The notes below the pieces were generated by a model. It was not told the origin of the DNA. It was given only the letters and a program-made list of their open reading frames with translations, and did not search any database. Below are positions 24,094-36,110 of a stretch of 44,123 nucleotides of DNA, one piece after another. Source of the stretch: Octopus bimaculoides (Eukaryota); NCBI RefSeq assembly GCF_001194135.2, contig NC_068982.1, forward strand, positions 3,044,365-3,088,487, written 5' to 3'. The first letter of the stretch is position 1, and each line of letters starts with the position of its first letter. The position numbers and the translations under genes are program-made.

Positions 24094-24991
24094 AATTTCA
24101 TTAGGAAATGTGTTTTGTTAACTACAGATTCGGAAAGTGTACTCTAACTCCTTCCGAATTTTGTTTTGTGTATTTGATTTGGTAATTATGTTGAAATTAT
24201 GGCTGATTAGTAGAATAGCAGGTGTACCTGCGTAATATCTTGGAATGGCTGACTTCTCTTTATTTCTCTCTTCCTACTAAAAATCTGGTTCACTTGTACT
24301 ATAATTTGAAAAGTGCTTTCTGTTCCGTATGTTTGCATTTTCCCACTAGTTTTGTTTTTTCAGTTTTCTCAAATATTTTTATTTTTAAAGCTCATTCCTG
24401 TATCATTTGACCGAAATGATATTTTACACTACGTTCTTAGGATGTTTTTTTTTTTATATTAAGTTTCTTAATGAGGCTCAGTAGTGCATCTTTTTCTGCA
24501 CTTTTTGACCCAACCTCGCTCTTCTAATAATTTTTCGTTTCCTTTCTTTTATCCGCAATTGATATTTATTTCTTTATGTGATTAACCAAATATTTAGACT
24601 CTTTAGTTCACTGTATGTTGATATATTCCTAAATTTCATATATTTTCTTTGATTCTATTTAATCAGATTTGTATTGAATATTCATACGATTTTCGAAGAA
24701 TAACTTATTGTTAATATTTTAGGGGTACCGGATCAAATCTGATTAAATATATTTATGATCAACTACCAACAAATAAAGACAAGTTTATGCTTTTAGATTA
24801 ACGGATACGCCAATCTTCATTTGTAGGTAGTTCTAATGCAATTGTAAATTTATGTCTAGAATTGCATTACTCTTTCCTAAGATGCCAGAGAGTGATTTTC
24901 AGGTAAATTTAGTGGCTTCACCTTGTGACTGTGAAGCATTTCACCAATAGCAACGGAATAAATTTGATGTTTTATGTTGCTATACAATTGC

Positions 24992-25228
24992 TTACATTAT
25001 TTACATTTGACGGATATTTGTCCTCATCTTGTTTGTTGTTAACACAACATTTCGGCTGATATACCCTCCAGCCTTCATCAGGTGTCTTGGGGAAATTTCG
25101 AACTTGGGGTCTAATTCATAAGTTATTTTTCGATGTTATTATTATTATTATTATTATTCAGGTCACTGCTAGGAATCGAACTCGGAACCTTGGGATTAGT
25201 ATCCAGCACTCTTAACCACTACGTCCTA
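24992..25228 (-). mobile_element. tRNA-headed, hammerhead-bearing short element, copy 2 (uninterrupted, ~237 bp)
   Basis: Minus strand: GGACGTAGTGGTTAAGAG (A box)...GAGTTCGATTCC (B box)...GTGACCTG-(AAT)n-ACATCGAAAAATAAC...GACACCTGATGAAGGCTG...CAGCCGAAATGTTGTGTT...ATGTAAATAATGTAA. Confidence 0.85.
25041..25086 (-). ncRNA. Minimal type I hammerhead ribozyme motif, core intact
   Basis: GACAC-CUGAUGA-A-GGCUG/CAGCC-GAAA-U-GUU-GUGUU; stem I GACAC/GUGUU, 5-bp stem II; position 15.2 is U rather than C. Confidence 0.65.
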
Positions 25229-26110
25229 TGGAGGGTATATCAGCCGAAACGTTGTGTTAACAACAAAAAAGATGAGGACAAATATCCGTCAAATGTAAAT
25301 AATGTAAATAATGTACATAATTCCTCATCTCTTAAATATAGAACTATGAAATTGTTTACATTATTTACATTATCTACATTTGACGGATATTCGTCCTCAT
25401 CTTGTTTGTTGTTAACACAACGTTTCGGCTGATATATCCGTCAAATGTAGATAATGTAAATAATGTAAATAATTCCTCATCTCTTAAATATAGAACTGTA
25501 TGAAATTNNNNNNNNNNNNNNNNNNNNNNNNNNNNNNNNNNNNNNNNNNNNNNNNNNNNNNNNNNNNNNNNNNNNNNNNNNNNNNNNNNNNNNNNNNNNN
25601 NNNNNNNNNNNNNNNNNNNNNNNNNNNNNNNNNNNNNNNNNNNNNNNNNNNNNNNNNNNNNNNNNNNNNNNNNNNNNNNNNNNNNNNNNNNNNNNNNNNN
25701 NNNTTATTTACATTATCTACATTTGACGGATATTCGTCCTCATCTTGTTTGTTGTTAACACAACGTTTCGGCTGATATATCCGTCAAATGTAGATAATGT
25801 AAATAATGTAAATAATTCCTCATCTCTTAAATATAGAACTGTATTATCTAATCGGTACGGAGCCGACATTAGACTTCATTGGAGACATATAGAGAAACTC
25901 CATCAAAAACTAACTCGTCTTTAACATCGATAGGAATGAGAACCCAGGTTCGAAATTTCCCCAAGACACCTGACGAAGGCTGGAGGGTATATCAGCCGAA
26001 ACGTTGTGTTAACAACAAACAAGATGAGGACGAATATCCGTCAAATGTAGATAATGTAAATAATGTAAATAATTCCTCATCTCTTAAATATAGAACTGTA
26101 TGAAATTGTT
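25229..26110. repeat. Inverted and tandem cluster of the hammerhead-element 3' part (Penelope-like arrangement), spanning gap N 25508-25703
   Basis: Plus-strand copy 25229-25355 folds back on minus-strand copy ~25356-25435; 25362-25500 is identical to 25704-25842; further plus-strand copy 25925-26110. Confidence 0.85.
25965..26010 (+). ncRNA. Minimal type I hammerhead ribozyme motif, best-preserved copy
   Basis: GACAC(25965-69) CTGACGA(25970-76) A GGCTG...CAGCC GAAA(25998-26001) C GTT GTGTT; palindrome AACGTT at 26000-26005 in place of a stem III hairpin. Confidence 0.72.
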
Positions 26111-28010
26111 TGCCGGTGACTTAGTTATCCATTTTTTTTTCATCTTGTATAAATCTTCTCAGCTTGTTGCAAGAAGTTCGGGAGTATTGACTGGATGATA
26201 TCTTACAGTAGAATATTGTTGGATGGCAAAGGACTCGTTTAATATATGTTATCAATTCATTTTAGTTGAATCAATTGGTTCCAATTGTGCTTACCTTTTA
26301 TAACAGGAGGTCAAAGTTTTGTTTGCATAGATCACGTTACCCTCTATTTTAGCTTACGTGTCACTATTTCCGGTGCCTCCGCGGCGTACAAAATTGCTGG
26401 AGTGTAGATGATCAGCAATAAAGACTAGAAACTATTGGAGATTTCCTGTAAGATTATTACTTAAACTGAGAAGTGAATCGAAAGTATCTTTAGAGTATAA
26501 GAAAATAATTATTCGCAGAATTTGTTCCAGCGCTTTATTTTCTGAGTTCCAACGGCGCCAAGCACAGGTTCGCTTTTCATTTCTACCAAATCAATAAAAT
26601 ACAGTATTATTTCATGTAATTTGCTAAGGTCCTCCCCTCAGAATTCCTGCACTTAAATCAAAAATAGAATTAATTACTAATGTACTTTTTAATTGCTATT
26701 ATTAATGTTAGAACGATGGACCAAATAAACTGCAATATTTAGTTGAATTCCGGCCTGAAATCTTGTCGCAGTCAACATGCTTTTCATGCAGAATCGATAA
26801 AATATAGAGTGAATCAACAATTGGAATCAAAATAATCAAATATTATCAATGTAAAAATATGATTCTTTGTCCCTATGCTTTAAACCGATCGATATTGCTG
26901 TTTGTTTTCTTGGACATTGTATATAGAATGAAGCGGTTATCGTTCAGAAAGTATATTTTTTTGTGCACAAGCAATTATTTTCCGCAAGATTTTCTTTTTA
27001 AACGAAAACTAACCTCCCATTATGTTCAGAGTCGATGTTTGTTTCGTTTGTGATTGTCTAAGACATAGACATTGTTAGAGTTTGAGAGAGTAAACTTCGT
27101 GTTCCGACTCTAAATACTAAGTTTATCGAATTCTTTTGGAGCAGCACTGTAGTTCCCGAGTTTAGAATTGTCAATTGATTTTTTAAACAATTGTTACTTA
27201 AGCTACAGCCACAGCTCAGGTGTTCTATCTGCCATGATACGGTTTATTCAGATTTTGATTTTCCATAAGTATGAAATCTTGTTTTCCAGAACATTTTCGA
27301 TTACACGTACGTCACGTTTTCAACAATATACTGTAGCGGTTATAAGACCTTCGCAGCAGCGGCATGACGTCATACTTGTGTCGGCTGTATTTTGTTTATA
27401 TATGTCTTATGCTTTTTCATTGGTCTATTTTGCTGTCCATACACTGATACTAATCGTCGTGAAAATCTTCTTTTCAATGGAGAAAGGTTCTTAGAATCAG
27501 GTTTACGACAGTTATAAAAATCCTGATTTGTAGGAAATTATTTAGTGACAATCGGTTGGCCACGCGGCCCCTTGACACTTATTCTGGCAATGCTATTTTA
27601 CACTCTTCATTTTTCATGACCTTATGCCATGCTATTTTCAACTTTTTTTAATGTACTTTTAAAGAACTAGCTAAGAAAAAATTTTTTCCGTCTCATTCTT
27701 GCGACAGATTACTTTTAAAACGTTTTTCTTCATTATAATATATTCTACAATTTTTCCTAACACTATTATGTTGTGATAAATTCATTGTATAGATTTTTAC
27801 TTTCTGTAAATACATTATTGGTGTTAAATCCAGTCCTTCTTCTCTTGATATTATCTGTACGAACGCTTCCCGTATGATTATAAGGAAAAGGAACTAGTTA
27901 AAGATTTATTTCCATACACCTTTACGCAGATATACTCGAGCCTCTGTCAACATAAGAAAATACAGTCAACCAAGTATGAAGAAACGAAATAACATTAAGA
28001 TAAACATAAC

Positions 28011-28630
28011 GGATCTTTTTTAAAACGGGGGCCACATTTTTCATTAACGAAACACTTCGAAACTTGGAACACTGGTAGAATGTGTCATATAAAACATCTT
28101 TTTCTCTTAGTCTTCTTAAAAAAAAAAGAAATCCATAAATTATTCCATGTTAAAGTTGTCGTATTTCTGTAATTTCAACCAATCACTGACGTCCATTCAG
28201 CCGATATACATTAAGCGCCGACTACATAAACAAACGATTCTGAAACAATTAACCCTAACCCTAACCCTAACTCTAACCNNNNNNNNNNNNNNNNNNNNNN
28301 NNNNNNNNNNNGGGTTAGGGTTAGGGTTAGGGTTAGAGTTAGGGTTAGGGTTAGGGTTAAAGCAAATTTAAAATGAAAAAAGCAAATAAAACGAAGAATC
28401 GTTTGTTTATGTAGTCGGCACTTAATGTATATCGGCTGAATGGACGTCAGTGATTGGTTGAAATTATCGAAATAAGACAATTTTTTACATGAAATAAATT
28501 CGAATACAAAAATATTTTTCTGTTCTATAACACAAAATAGATAAGTATACGAAGTTTGAAAGTCTTTCGGTACCAAAAACACTACGTAAAACATTAATGA
28601 AAAATGTGGCCCCCGTTTTAAAAAAGATCC
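28011..28630. mobile_element. Non-autonomous DNA transposon (Merlin-like MITE) with perfect 37-bp TIRs and 8-bp TSD
   Basis: TIR GGATCTTTTTTAAAACGGGGGCCACATTTTTCATTAA at 28011-28047 and its exact reverse complement at 28594-28630; AACATAAC at 28003-28010 and 28631-28638; second internal inverted pair 28170-28241/28395-28466. Confidence 0.92.
28249..28357. repeat. Interstitial telomeric repeats (CCCTAA)n - gap - (TTAGGG)n
   Basis: TAACCC units at 28249-28278, N 28279-28311, GGGTTA units at 28312-28357; each side has one variant unit (TAACTC / GAGTTA). Confidence 0.95.
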
Positions 28631-31083
28631 AACATAACTTCTTAAATTCACTTCCGCAGATATTTTCACCTTGCTATCAAAAACCCATTTTCTTATCCTA
28701 TTTAAACTTTCTTATAACCTGCTTGTGAAATGTCGGTATCTTCAACATACATGCTGAAAGCCGCTACGATTGTATATTACATTTAGCGTTCTGTCTATAC
28801 CACTAACTTCTCGCAACTAAGTCACAGCGATTATTATAAGTGTATACATATAAATGCAGCCTAACCTGAGATTTATAATTGGCGATATTTATGTTTCCAA
28901 CAGAAAGCAGTTATATTTGCTATCTACCACGACAAATCCACATAACTAATAAGCCGACAGTGCCCGGCTCGTTATAATACTTATAGCGAAAGTCTAAGAA
29001 CCATCCACAACGATCGCCTTTATATATTTTCGATGTGTTGTGGCCACATTTTATAAACTGTAATACATCCTATGCTTTGCCTTGACTATATCATTGTTCA
29101 TTCCACATACCTACCTGGAGTTGCGCCGTACAGTTTCCTCATTCTCCGGCCGTGAGAAACGGAAAAAGGACAAAAATTCACAAAAGCAGTATTAAGCAAT
29201 AAATATGTGGCGAAATTGTAAACTTGACGTGAACAGCAGATCAAAAGAACTGAACTTGGTACGAGGGTGGATCATGGTGGTAAGAAAACTTGCCATAGAT
29301 GTCGAAAGTAGCGAAAGGAACTGGAAAATAGCCGTAATGCCGTAGTTACAAGAAACTGAATTGCTTAGAAATAAACATTGGCAGGAAATTAACTCAGCAA
29401 ATACGAGCATAAGATTTGACTGCCATTTCTAGCAAAAGGTGATGTAAACAACGTTATCAAAGCTCAGGAGTGGTAGTGAGAGTTGATAAATGTACGTCAA
29501 AATCGTTGTCGCAGTCCATAAATTGAAAAACAAAAAAGCGGCTTTAACAGGTTTGCGAAGGAGTTTTCTGACCGGAAAATTGTTTTGCAATATACCAGAT
29601 AATGATAATATGATATGGAAACCAGAATTAATTTACAAATGTTACTAGTTCTGCGGTTAAAAATTATTTAAGACTTTTAACTTCGTGACATAACGATTAA
29701 TTGAAAAACGACTTTACTTCGGTAGCTGGACGAATTTTTGCTTTTTCTGCAAAGGGTTCTAAAGTTGGTCGCATGTATTTGACGTTGGTTGGTCACCAAT
29801 ATATGTTTATTCGCTGGGTCACCAATTTATGTAGTACATAGAATTAATATGTTGAATCTAGTTGAATGAAGTAGTAAGAAAGGTTAGAGATAGGAAATAT
29901 AGAAATAACAGCTAAGTGGTGCCTTTCAGTCATGTGGCGTAGAGAAATAGACGGACATAGCAACGACGTGTATGGCAGTAAGTCTAGTCGACTAAGAAGC
30001 GAAAAGCTGGGTTAGCAAGTTGTTTTTTATTCATGGAACGCTAGACATTCTAGAAACTTCCAAGAGAAACGCTAAGCCTCTCAAATAATTAAGAATCACG
30101 TCTCATGACACAGATGTTTCGAGAAATTTAAAAAAGAGAGGTTACTCTATAATCTTTCTTCCTAGGGACATCATTCAACCATTTAGCTACCGCTACAGCA
30201 GTAATCAACGCAAGACAAAAATTAAGCCCTTTGCGAGTTTACACTATAAGCAGCGCGTTGCAGGTGAATTACACCCTAAAGCTCTAAAAATGGTTGAATA
30301 CGATGGATAAGATGCTTTGAACATAATACTGTGTCAGAAGGAAAAATGGGATTAATGACCGCTGGAAGTATCCTGTCTCGCCGCACACGTCAGCTAAAAC
30401 ATTAACTAACCATGTTGTTACATATGAACAATAAAACAAACCGAGAGCGAATCTCTACATGATAAGAGAAAGTAAATAACTCGTATGATAAGTAAACATC
30501 AATAGTATACACACTTGGATATAAACCGAGAGTACAAAACAAATACTCATATACACTAACTACCAATGAATATAAAATATACAAGAGAGAAGTAACGGAA
30601 TTGTCTTCGTTTACTTATTCATAGTCACGTAGTAGATATCATCGGTAAACAGCACATTAAGATATGAAATATTTACTTATCACCTTGAAACTAACGAAAC
30701 ACCTGATCATTACAAGTGCAAAAACCCTCAAACTAACATACGCATGTACAACATTTGAGAACGCTGGTAGAGCATCATCTTTAAAATGTACCGCAATCTC
30801 ATTAAGAGCAGGTGTACAAAAGTAACAGCATCTATCGGTTCGTGATCTCACACAACACCGATAAGTACAGATTAGTTATCGTTTTCAAACGCGTGTTGAG
30901 TCTCTGTATTATGCAACTGTCAAAATCTAGAACCAAATCACAAACATTCTGATGAGGAAACAGACTGCAACAAGCACAAACCTCCACACTGTATTACATA
31001 AGTTGAGCAAGACTTGAAGGAATTAATGGTGTGAGCCTCAACTTCACAGGTTTATGGCATATCCCTGACTATGAATATGTTGG

Positions 31084-31407
31084 AGCACTCCGTCGGTTAC
31101 GACGACGAGTGTTCCAGCTGATACGATCAGCCGAACATCTTGCTCGTGAAATAAACGGGAAAGTGGTTGAGCATTCCACAGTGACGTGTACCCATAACGC
31201 AGTTCTCAGAGAGATTGTGCGTGAAACAGAGTGCGACAAGGCTGGCCCTTTGAATTACAGGTACTACTCATTTTTACCAGCTGCGTGGACTGGATCAATG
31301 TGAAAATAATGTGACTTGCTCAAGGACACAACGCGTCGCCAGAATTGAACTCATGACCTTACGATCGTGTGCAGAATATCCATCCCAACCACTAAGCCAC
31401 GCACCTT
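31084..31407 (-). mobile_element. tRNA-derived SINE family A, near full length
   Basis: Minus strand: GGTGCGTGGCTTAGTGG (A box)...GAGTTCAATTCT (B box)...TGTGTCCTTGAGCAAGTCAC (CORE-like central segment)...CGTCGTCGTAACCGACGGAGTGC. Confidence 0.88.
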
Positions 31408-34096
31408 CGCTATGAATATGTAGATGGTACTTAGCCATTCGGCTGACTGCATAGATGTGATAAGACTGACCTGGGTTACATCAGAATAACAGCGACAATG
31501 GCTTCCTCCACAGCATAGAAATATACAAATCAAAAATAAACCCTAATATTTCATAGAAAATTCTATACCTCAGAAACCCTTGTAATCTTTCGTGAAAACA
31601 ACATACATTACATTGGCCCATTTATATCCTAGTTCTCCCTGTGTTAAGAATTAACAAGTAATCAAGGGATCCTCGTAGAGTATTGCTGATAAAATAGAAA
31701 GGGTGGAACATGGAATAAATAATATCTTCAACTAAATCGCGGATTGGTCTGTGAAACGACTTAATCCGATTATCTAGTGAACTGATTATGTGTCTGCAGA
31801 AGAGAACTTTGCATTCAATTATTATATACCTGTGAACGCACAGAACTACCTTAAGAAATATTTAGTAATAAGATGGATTCTTTGTTCTTTCAAAATACAC
31901 TTACACCCCTACAGAACATCAAATTATACTACATACACATAGATATATAGTGATAAGCAAATAGTTTTTTAAATCTATAATTGGCGTTTTCCCTGTGAGA
32001 GTATAGATTAATTGATGATAGTCTACCTAAAACGATAATCGTGGTTCGTTGTTGTATATTAGTAGCTTACGTTTTATCCATAGAATACGATGCAGTTGTG
32101 TTTTCAAGTTGCGAGTCGATTTTAGCTGAGATGTGGAAAGACCTGAAACGTTAGTATTCCTTTCTGCCAAAGACATTCAACTAAAGCAAATTTCAGTAAC
32201 TCGCTGAGTAAAATTTCACTGCAGCACATTCTCACAACTTACCTCGGAATATGTGGTTTCTTTAGGCTTCGAGATAAATAAATATTGCCTTACGGTGTAG
32301 AAATTTGAACTTGTACGAATTGTCTACTGAGATATCAATGCAAGATTTACTCGACATGCATCTAAGAGGCTAGAAAAGTAATCTTTTTTTCAACGAACGC
32401 TAAGACCTGTTTAACGAAATATTTCGGTATTTGAAATAGTAAATAAATCAGTCATACAAAAAAGGAATTAGATGAGAACCACCAAGTTTGAATTTATATA
32501 GAAAATTCAGACCCGACGCCATGTTTGAACCCACCACTCCTTCACTAATTCGCCATGTAAAACTTATTCACTTTCTGCAAAACTCAGAAAAAGTTAGCTA
32601 CTGCTATTCGAACTCGGTGAATAATAATTTCCAATTGATGCATAAGATGCTAAGTGCTCAGGCCAGTTATTCATATTCTATCAAAGACGAGCTGATATCA
32701 GTTGCTTCTCTATAGAATTTACTATTGAGATTATCAGCTGTTGAAGAATTATTCAAACAATTATCGATTAGATCAGATCTTCATGCTGATAATACGTATC
32801 CTACGTTTCCTCTGGCCGCTGGCTGTCGTCAGAAGTGCTGCAATTCAATTGTCTTTCTCTCCTGTCTATTATTTCTATTGACACAGACAATGACAGGAAA
32901 CCTAATCAACACAGCCTGCACTACTATATTATCGCTGCAGTGATGTTATCCTATTCTCTATTTTCAACATTTGAAAAAAGGAAACAATACTAAAAGAGCG
33001 TACACCAATGGGAATTTTTACAACATTGGTAACACAATTCATCCAGTTAGCGATTATATATCTATCACATACAATGTTCCTACTTTAACGAATTTGTAAC
33101 ATTTCTTATTTGTATATTATACTAGAGTTTTTAAGCTGGTTTTACTCGTGTGTTATATCGTCTGCAAATGGCCTGCGGTTCATTCATTGCACGAAACTTG
33201 ACAGAGCAATGATATTGAGCGAACGCACCTATTTATGCGTTGTTTAGAAAGAAAACTGTTCGGTCTCGGTATTCAACATCATATTGTATGTGGGTAATAA
33301 CTAAAATGCCCAAGAACACACAGGAAACTAACACCTAAACAATTCCTAACATTCAAAATTAGGCGTAACCAATTTCTTTGTAACAAATACAGTTCTAAAT
33401 CGGTAATAATGCAAAATGTATATCTGCAATTCTGTGATTTAGTCAGTTCGTTCTTGAGATACCAGCAGAAATACCCGTGGAATATATTAAACAGTTATCG
33501 ATTATGCAGTCGGGTTAACAGTTACAGTTTCTTCTTTCTTCAGTTTGATTTGTTATTGAAACTAGAGTCCCACCGTTCCCAACAGGTGTTGATCATTAGT
33601 TATAGCAGAGTTTTAAGAATATTGTGAAAGCAAGAAAAGAGAGAAAGTTGTCAATGTCTTTTGGTAAATATTAACGAAGAAAGACTAAACAGAGGAACAA
33701 AGAAACTGTAAATTTTTAGCATAAACGTTTTCTCTGAATGTCTGAAGGAACATCAAAAGATCTGAATTTAAATATTATAAATAGTAATATAAAATATTTT
33801 GGGGAAACAGTGGATCTCGAAGCGCATAAACCTATAAATAACAGCTACTCAAGATTTACATGCTACTATTATATATTTGTGTGCTTCGAGATCCACTGTT
33901 TCCAAAAAGTATTATTTTTTTGTTTTCTCGCAAGTTTATAAAATTATCAAGACGTCAACAATATTCATATGTATGTATGTCATAATTCAGTTTATTTCAA
34001 GATTTCTTTCCGACAGAGAAAGAACCGCGTTCTAACCTATATCCAAGGCTCCTTCATTGGAATTTCAACATCAACAACAGGGTATTTTTGTTTGTT

Positions 34097-34200
34097 TGTA
34101 TGTATGTATGTATGTACGTATGTATGTATGTATGTATGTATGTATGTACGCATGTATTTGTATGTATATGTGCTTGTTTGTATGTTCTATGTATGTATTT
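34097..34200. repeat. (TATG)n microsatellite next to gap N 34202-34477
   Basis: Direct reading. Confidence 0.93.
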
Positions 34201-34477
34201 TNNNNNNNNNNNNNNNNNNNNNNNNNNNNNNNNNNNNNNNNNNNNNNNNNNNNNNNNNNNNNNNNNNNNNNNNNNNNNNNNNNNNNNNNNNNNNNNNNNN
34301 NNNNNNNNNNNNNNNNNNNNNNNNNNNNNNNNNNNNNNNNNNNNNNNNNNNNNNNNNNNNNNNNNNNNNNNNNNNNNNNNNNNNNNNNNNNNNNNNNNNN
34401 NNNNNNNNNNNNNNNNNNNNNNNNNNNNNNNNNNNNNNNNNNNNNNNNNNNNNNNNNNNNNNNNNNNNNNNNNNNNN

Positions 34478-35100
34478 GTCTGTTGTGCTTACATTTTATT
34501 GAGGTCTTCACTGGTACATTCCACCAGCATTCCTTTTTATTGTGAGTGGCTATGGCTTCTACCATATTGTGGGTTCTTATTTCTTTGTCCTTGGGATTAT
34601 CCTTCCGACGGATTTCATTATAGAGTGTCCTAGCTACAACGTCATGTCTCATCGGTAGATAATACCGTGATGACAGTTTCAGACAACTGCTTATGATGTG
34701 GGAGATATCTTCAGTGTGAACTCCACAGAGTCTGCATCGGTTGTCACATTTTACGGCTTTTCCTGCATCTCTATCCTTTTTATGCATCAGGTACTTGGTT
34801 GATATTTCCTGTTTCTGGATTGCAGACGCATATCCTTCAAAGTGGGAGATAGTAATCCGCCTATTGGTCCATGATAAACTGATGATCAATGTTACTATCA
34901 TCACAGAGCTTTCTACTAACATATCCATGCATAGTCTTCTGCTCATACAATCTCATTCTTTCATCTGAAGATACGTTGCGTTACAGTCGTGCGACTTCTT
35001 TGGGCATGTATCCCAGGTTATCAGACAAAGAGTGTTGCTCAAGGAGCTGCCTTCCAAGTCTTATAATGTTATCAACCTCTAATGAGTATTGTACGTGTTT
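34478..35100 (-). mobile_element. R4/Dong-clade LINE fragment: post-RT region, CCHC zinc finger and start of the REL domain
   Basis: QKTMHGY...HFEGYASAIQKQEISTKYL...CRLCGVHTEDISHIISSC...RHDVVAR...WWNVPVKTSIKCKHNR, cut by the gap where PD is expected. Confidence 0.9.
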
Positions 35101-35143
35101 TCGTTTTTCCTACCCGTAAACTTACTTTTGCACCACCCGGGGT

Positions 35144-35174
<31 letters not shown>

Positions 35175-35394
35175 NNNNNNNNNNNNNNNNNNNNNNNNNN
35201 NNNNNNNNNNNNNNNNNNNNNNNNNNNNNNNNNNNNNNNNNNNNNNNNNNNNNNNNNNNNNNNNNNNNNNNNNNNNNNNNNNNNNNNNNNNNNNNNNNNN
35301 NNNNNNNNNNNNNNNNNNNNNNNNNNNNNNNNNNNNNNNNNNNNNNNNNNNNNGGATATATACAAACGTATATGTACATAGTTACATCTATACG

Positions 35395-35590
35395 TATATA
35401 TATGCATATGTGGGCAAAGGACGTCACGAAACGTGTACAACAAAAAAGTACGAAGCACGAGTACATAGAACTTGGACTATGTTTTCAAATAACGAAAGAC
35501 AAAAATGGAAAACAAAGTGTTTGTCCACTTGACAATCGGTGTTGGTTTGTTTACCTTCATCAGTTGTTGGCTGTTTTTCTAGTCTCGTAT
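35395..35590 (-). repeat. Interspersed repeat family E, copy 2
   Basis: Shares ordered motifs with 7805-7945. Confidence 0.5.
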
Positions 35591-35957
35591 TTCGAGCATT
35601 TATCAACAATATACGCTTTTGATAAAACATTTGCTCCCGAAAAGCAAATTAAATAAAATTTGGGATTTTGCGGAGAGTCAAAATAGGTAACACAAACATG
35701 ACAGTGAAAACAAACAGGAAGGGCTGCTAAGCCTAAACGAGGTTGTGGTGGCGAACGCGTAAATCATAAGACAGGAGACAAAAAAGAACACATCTTCCTT
35801 GTTTCAGCTACAACGGAGAGAAAGAAAGAAAGATGGCCGATGGCCGTGGGAGCTACGTGAGCAAGGGAGACGGGATTAGGGAGAGAGAGTGACAGAGTAA
35901 TAGGTTAGGGAGAAAAGGAGGTAAAAGAATAAGAGATAGAAAAAGAGACAAAATCGG

Positions 35958-36110
35958 CAGATTTCAGAAAATTACTGTCTACCAAATTCCTTTCTAAGAC
36001 ATTGACCCACGTGGAGTTATAGTAGAAGACACCTGTCCAAAGTGTCGTACAGTCAGATTGAACCTGATACAACGTAGATGCAAAGCGAGATTTTTAACCA
36101 CACATCACCA
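35958..36110 (-). mobile_element. SINE family C head fragment, diverged
   Basis: TACCAAATTC...GTTATAGTAGAAGACACCTGTCCAAAGTG...TTGAACC...AACCACACA parallels 23955-24080. Confidence 0.65.

Noticed and set aside
25159-25228. Functional tRNA gene
   Set aside because: A and B boxes are present, but I could not build a complete acceptor stem, no oligo-T terminator follows, and it continues into an (AAT)n-linked repeat body; treated as a SINE head.
28249-28357. Ancestral chromosome-fusion site
   Set aside because: Polarity is (CCCTAA)n then (TTAGGG)n, the reverse of a fusion scar, and the repeats lie inside a TIR/TSD-bounded transposon.
30946-30965. CTGATGAGGAAAC hammerhead-like string
   Set aside because: No room for stem II and no stem I complement; a chance match.
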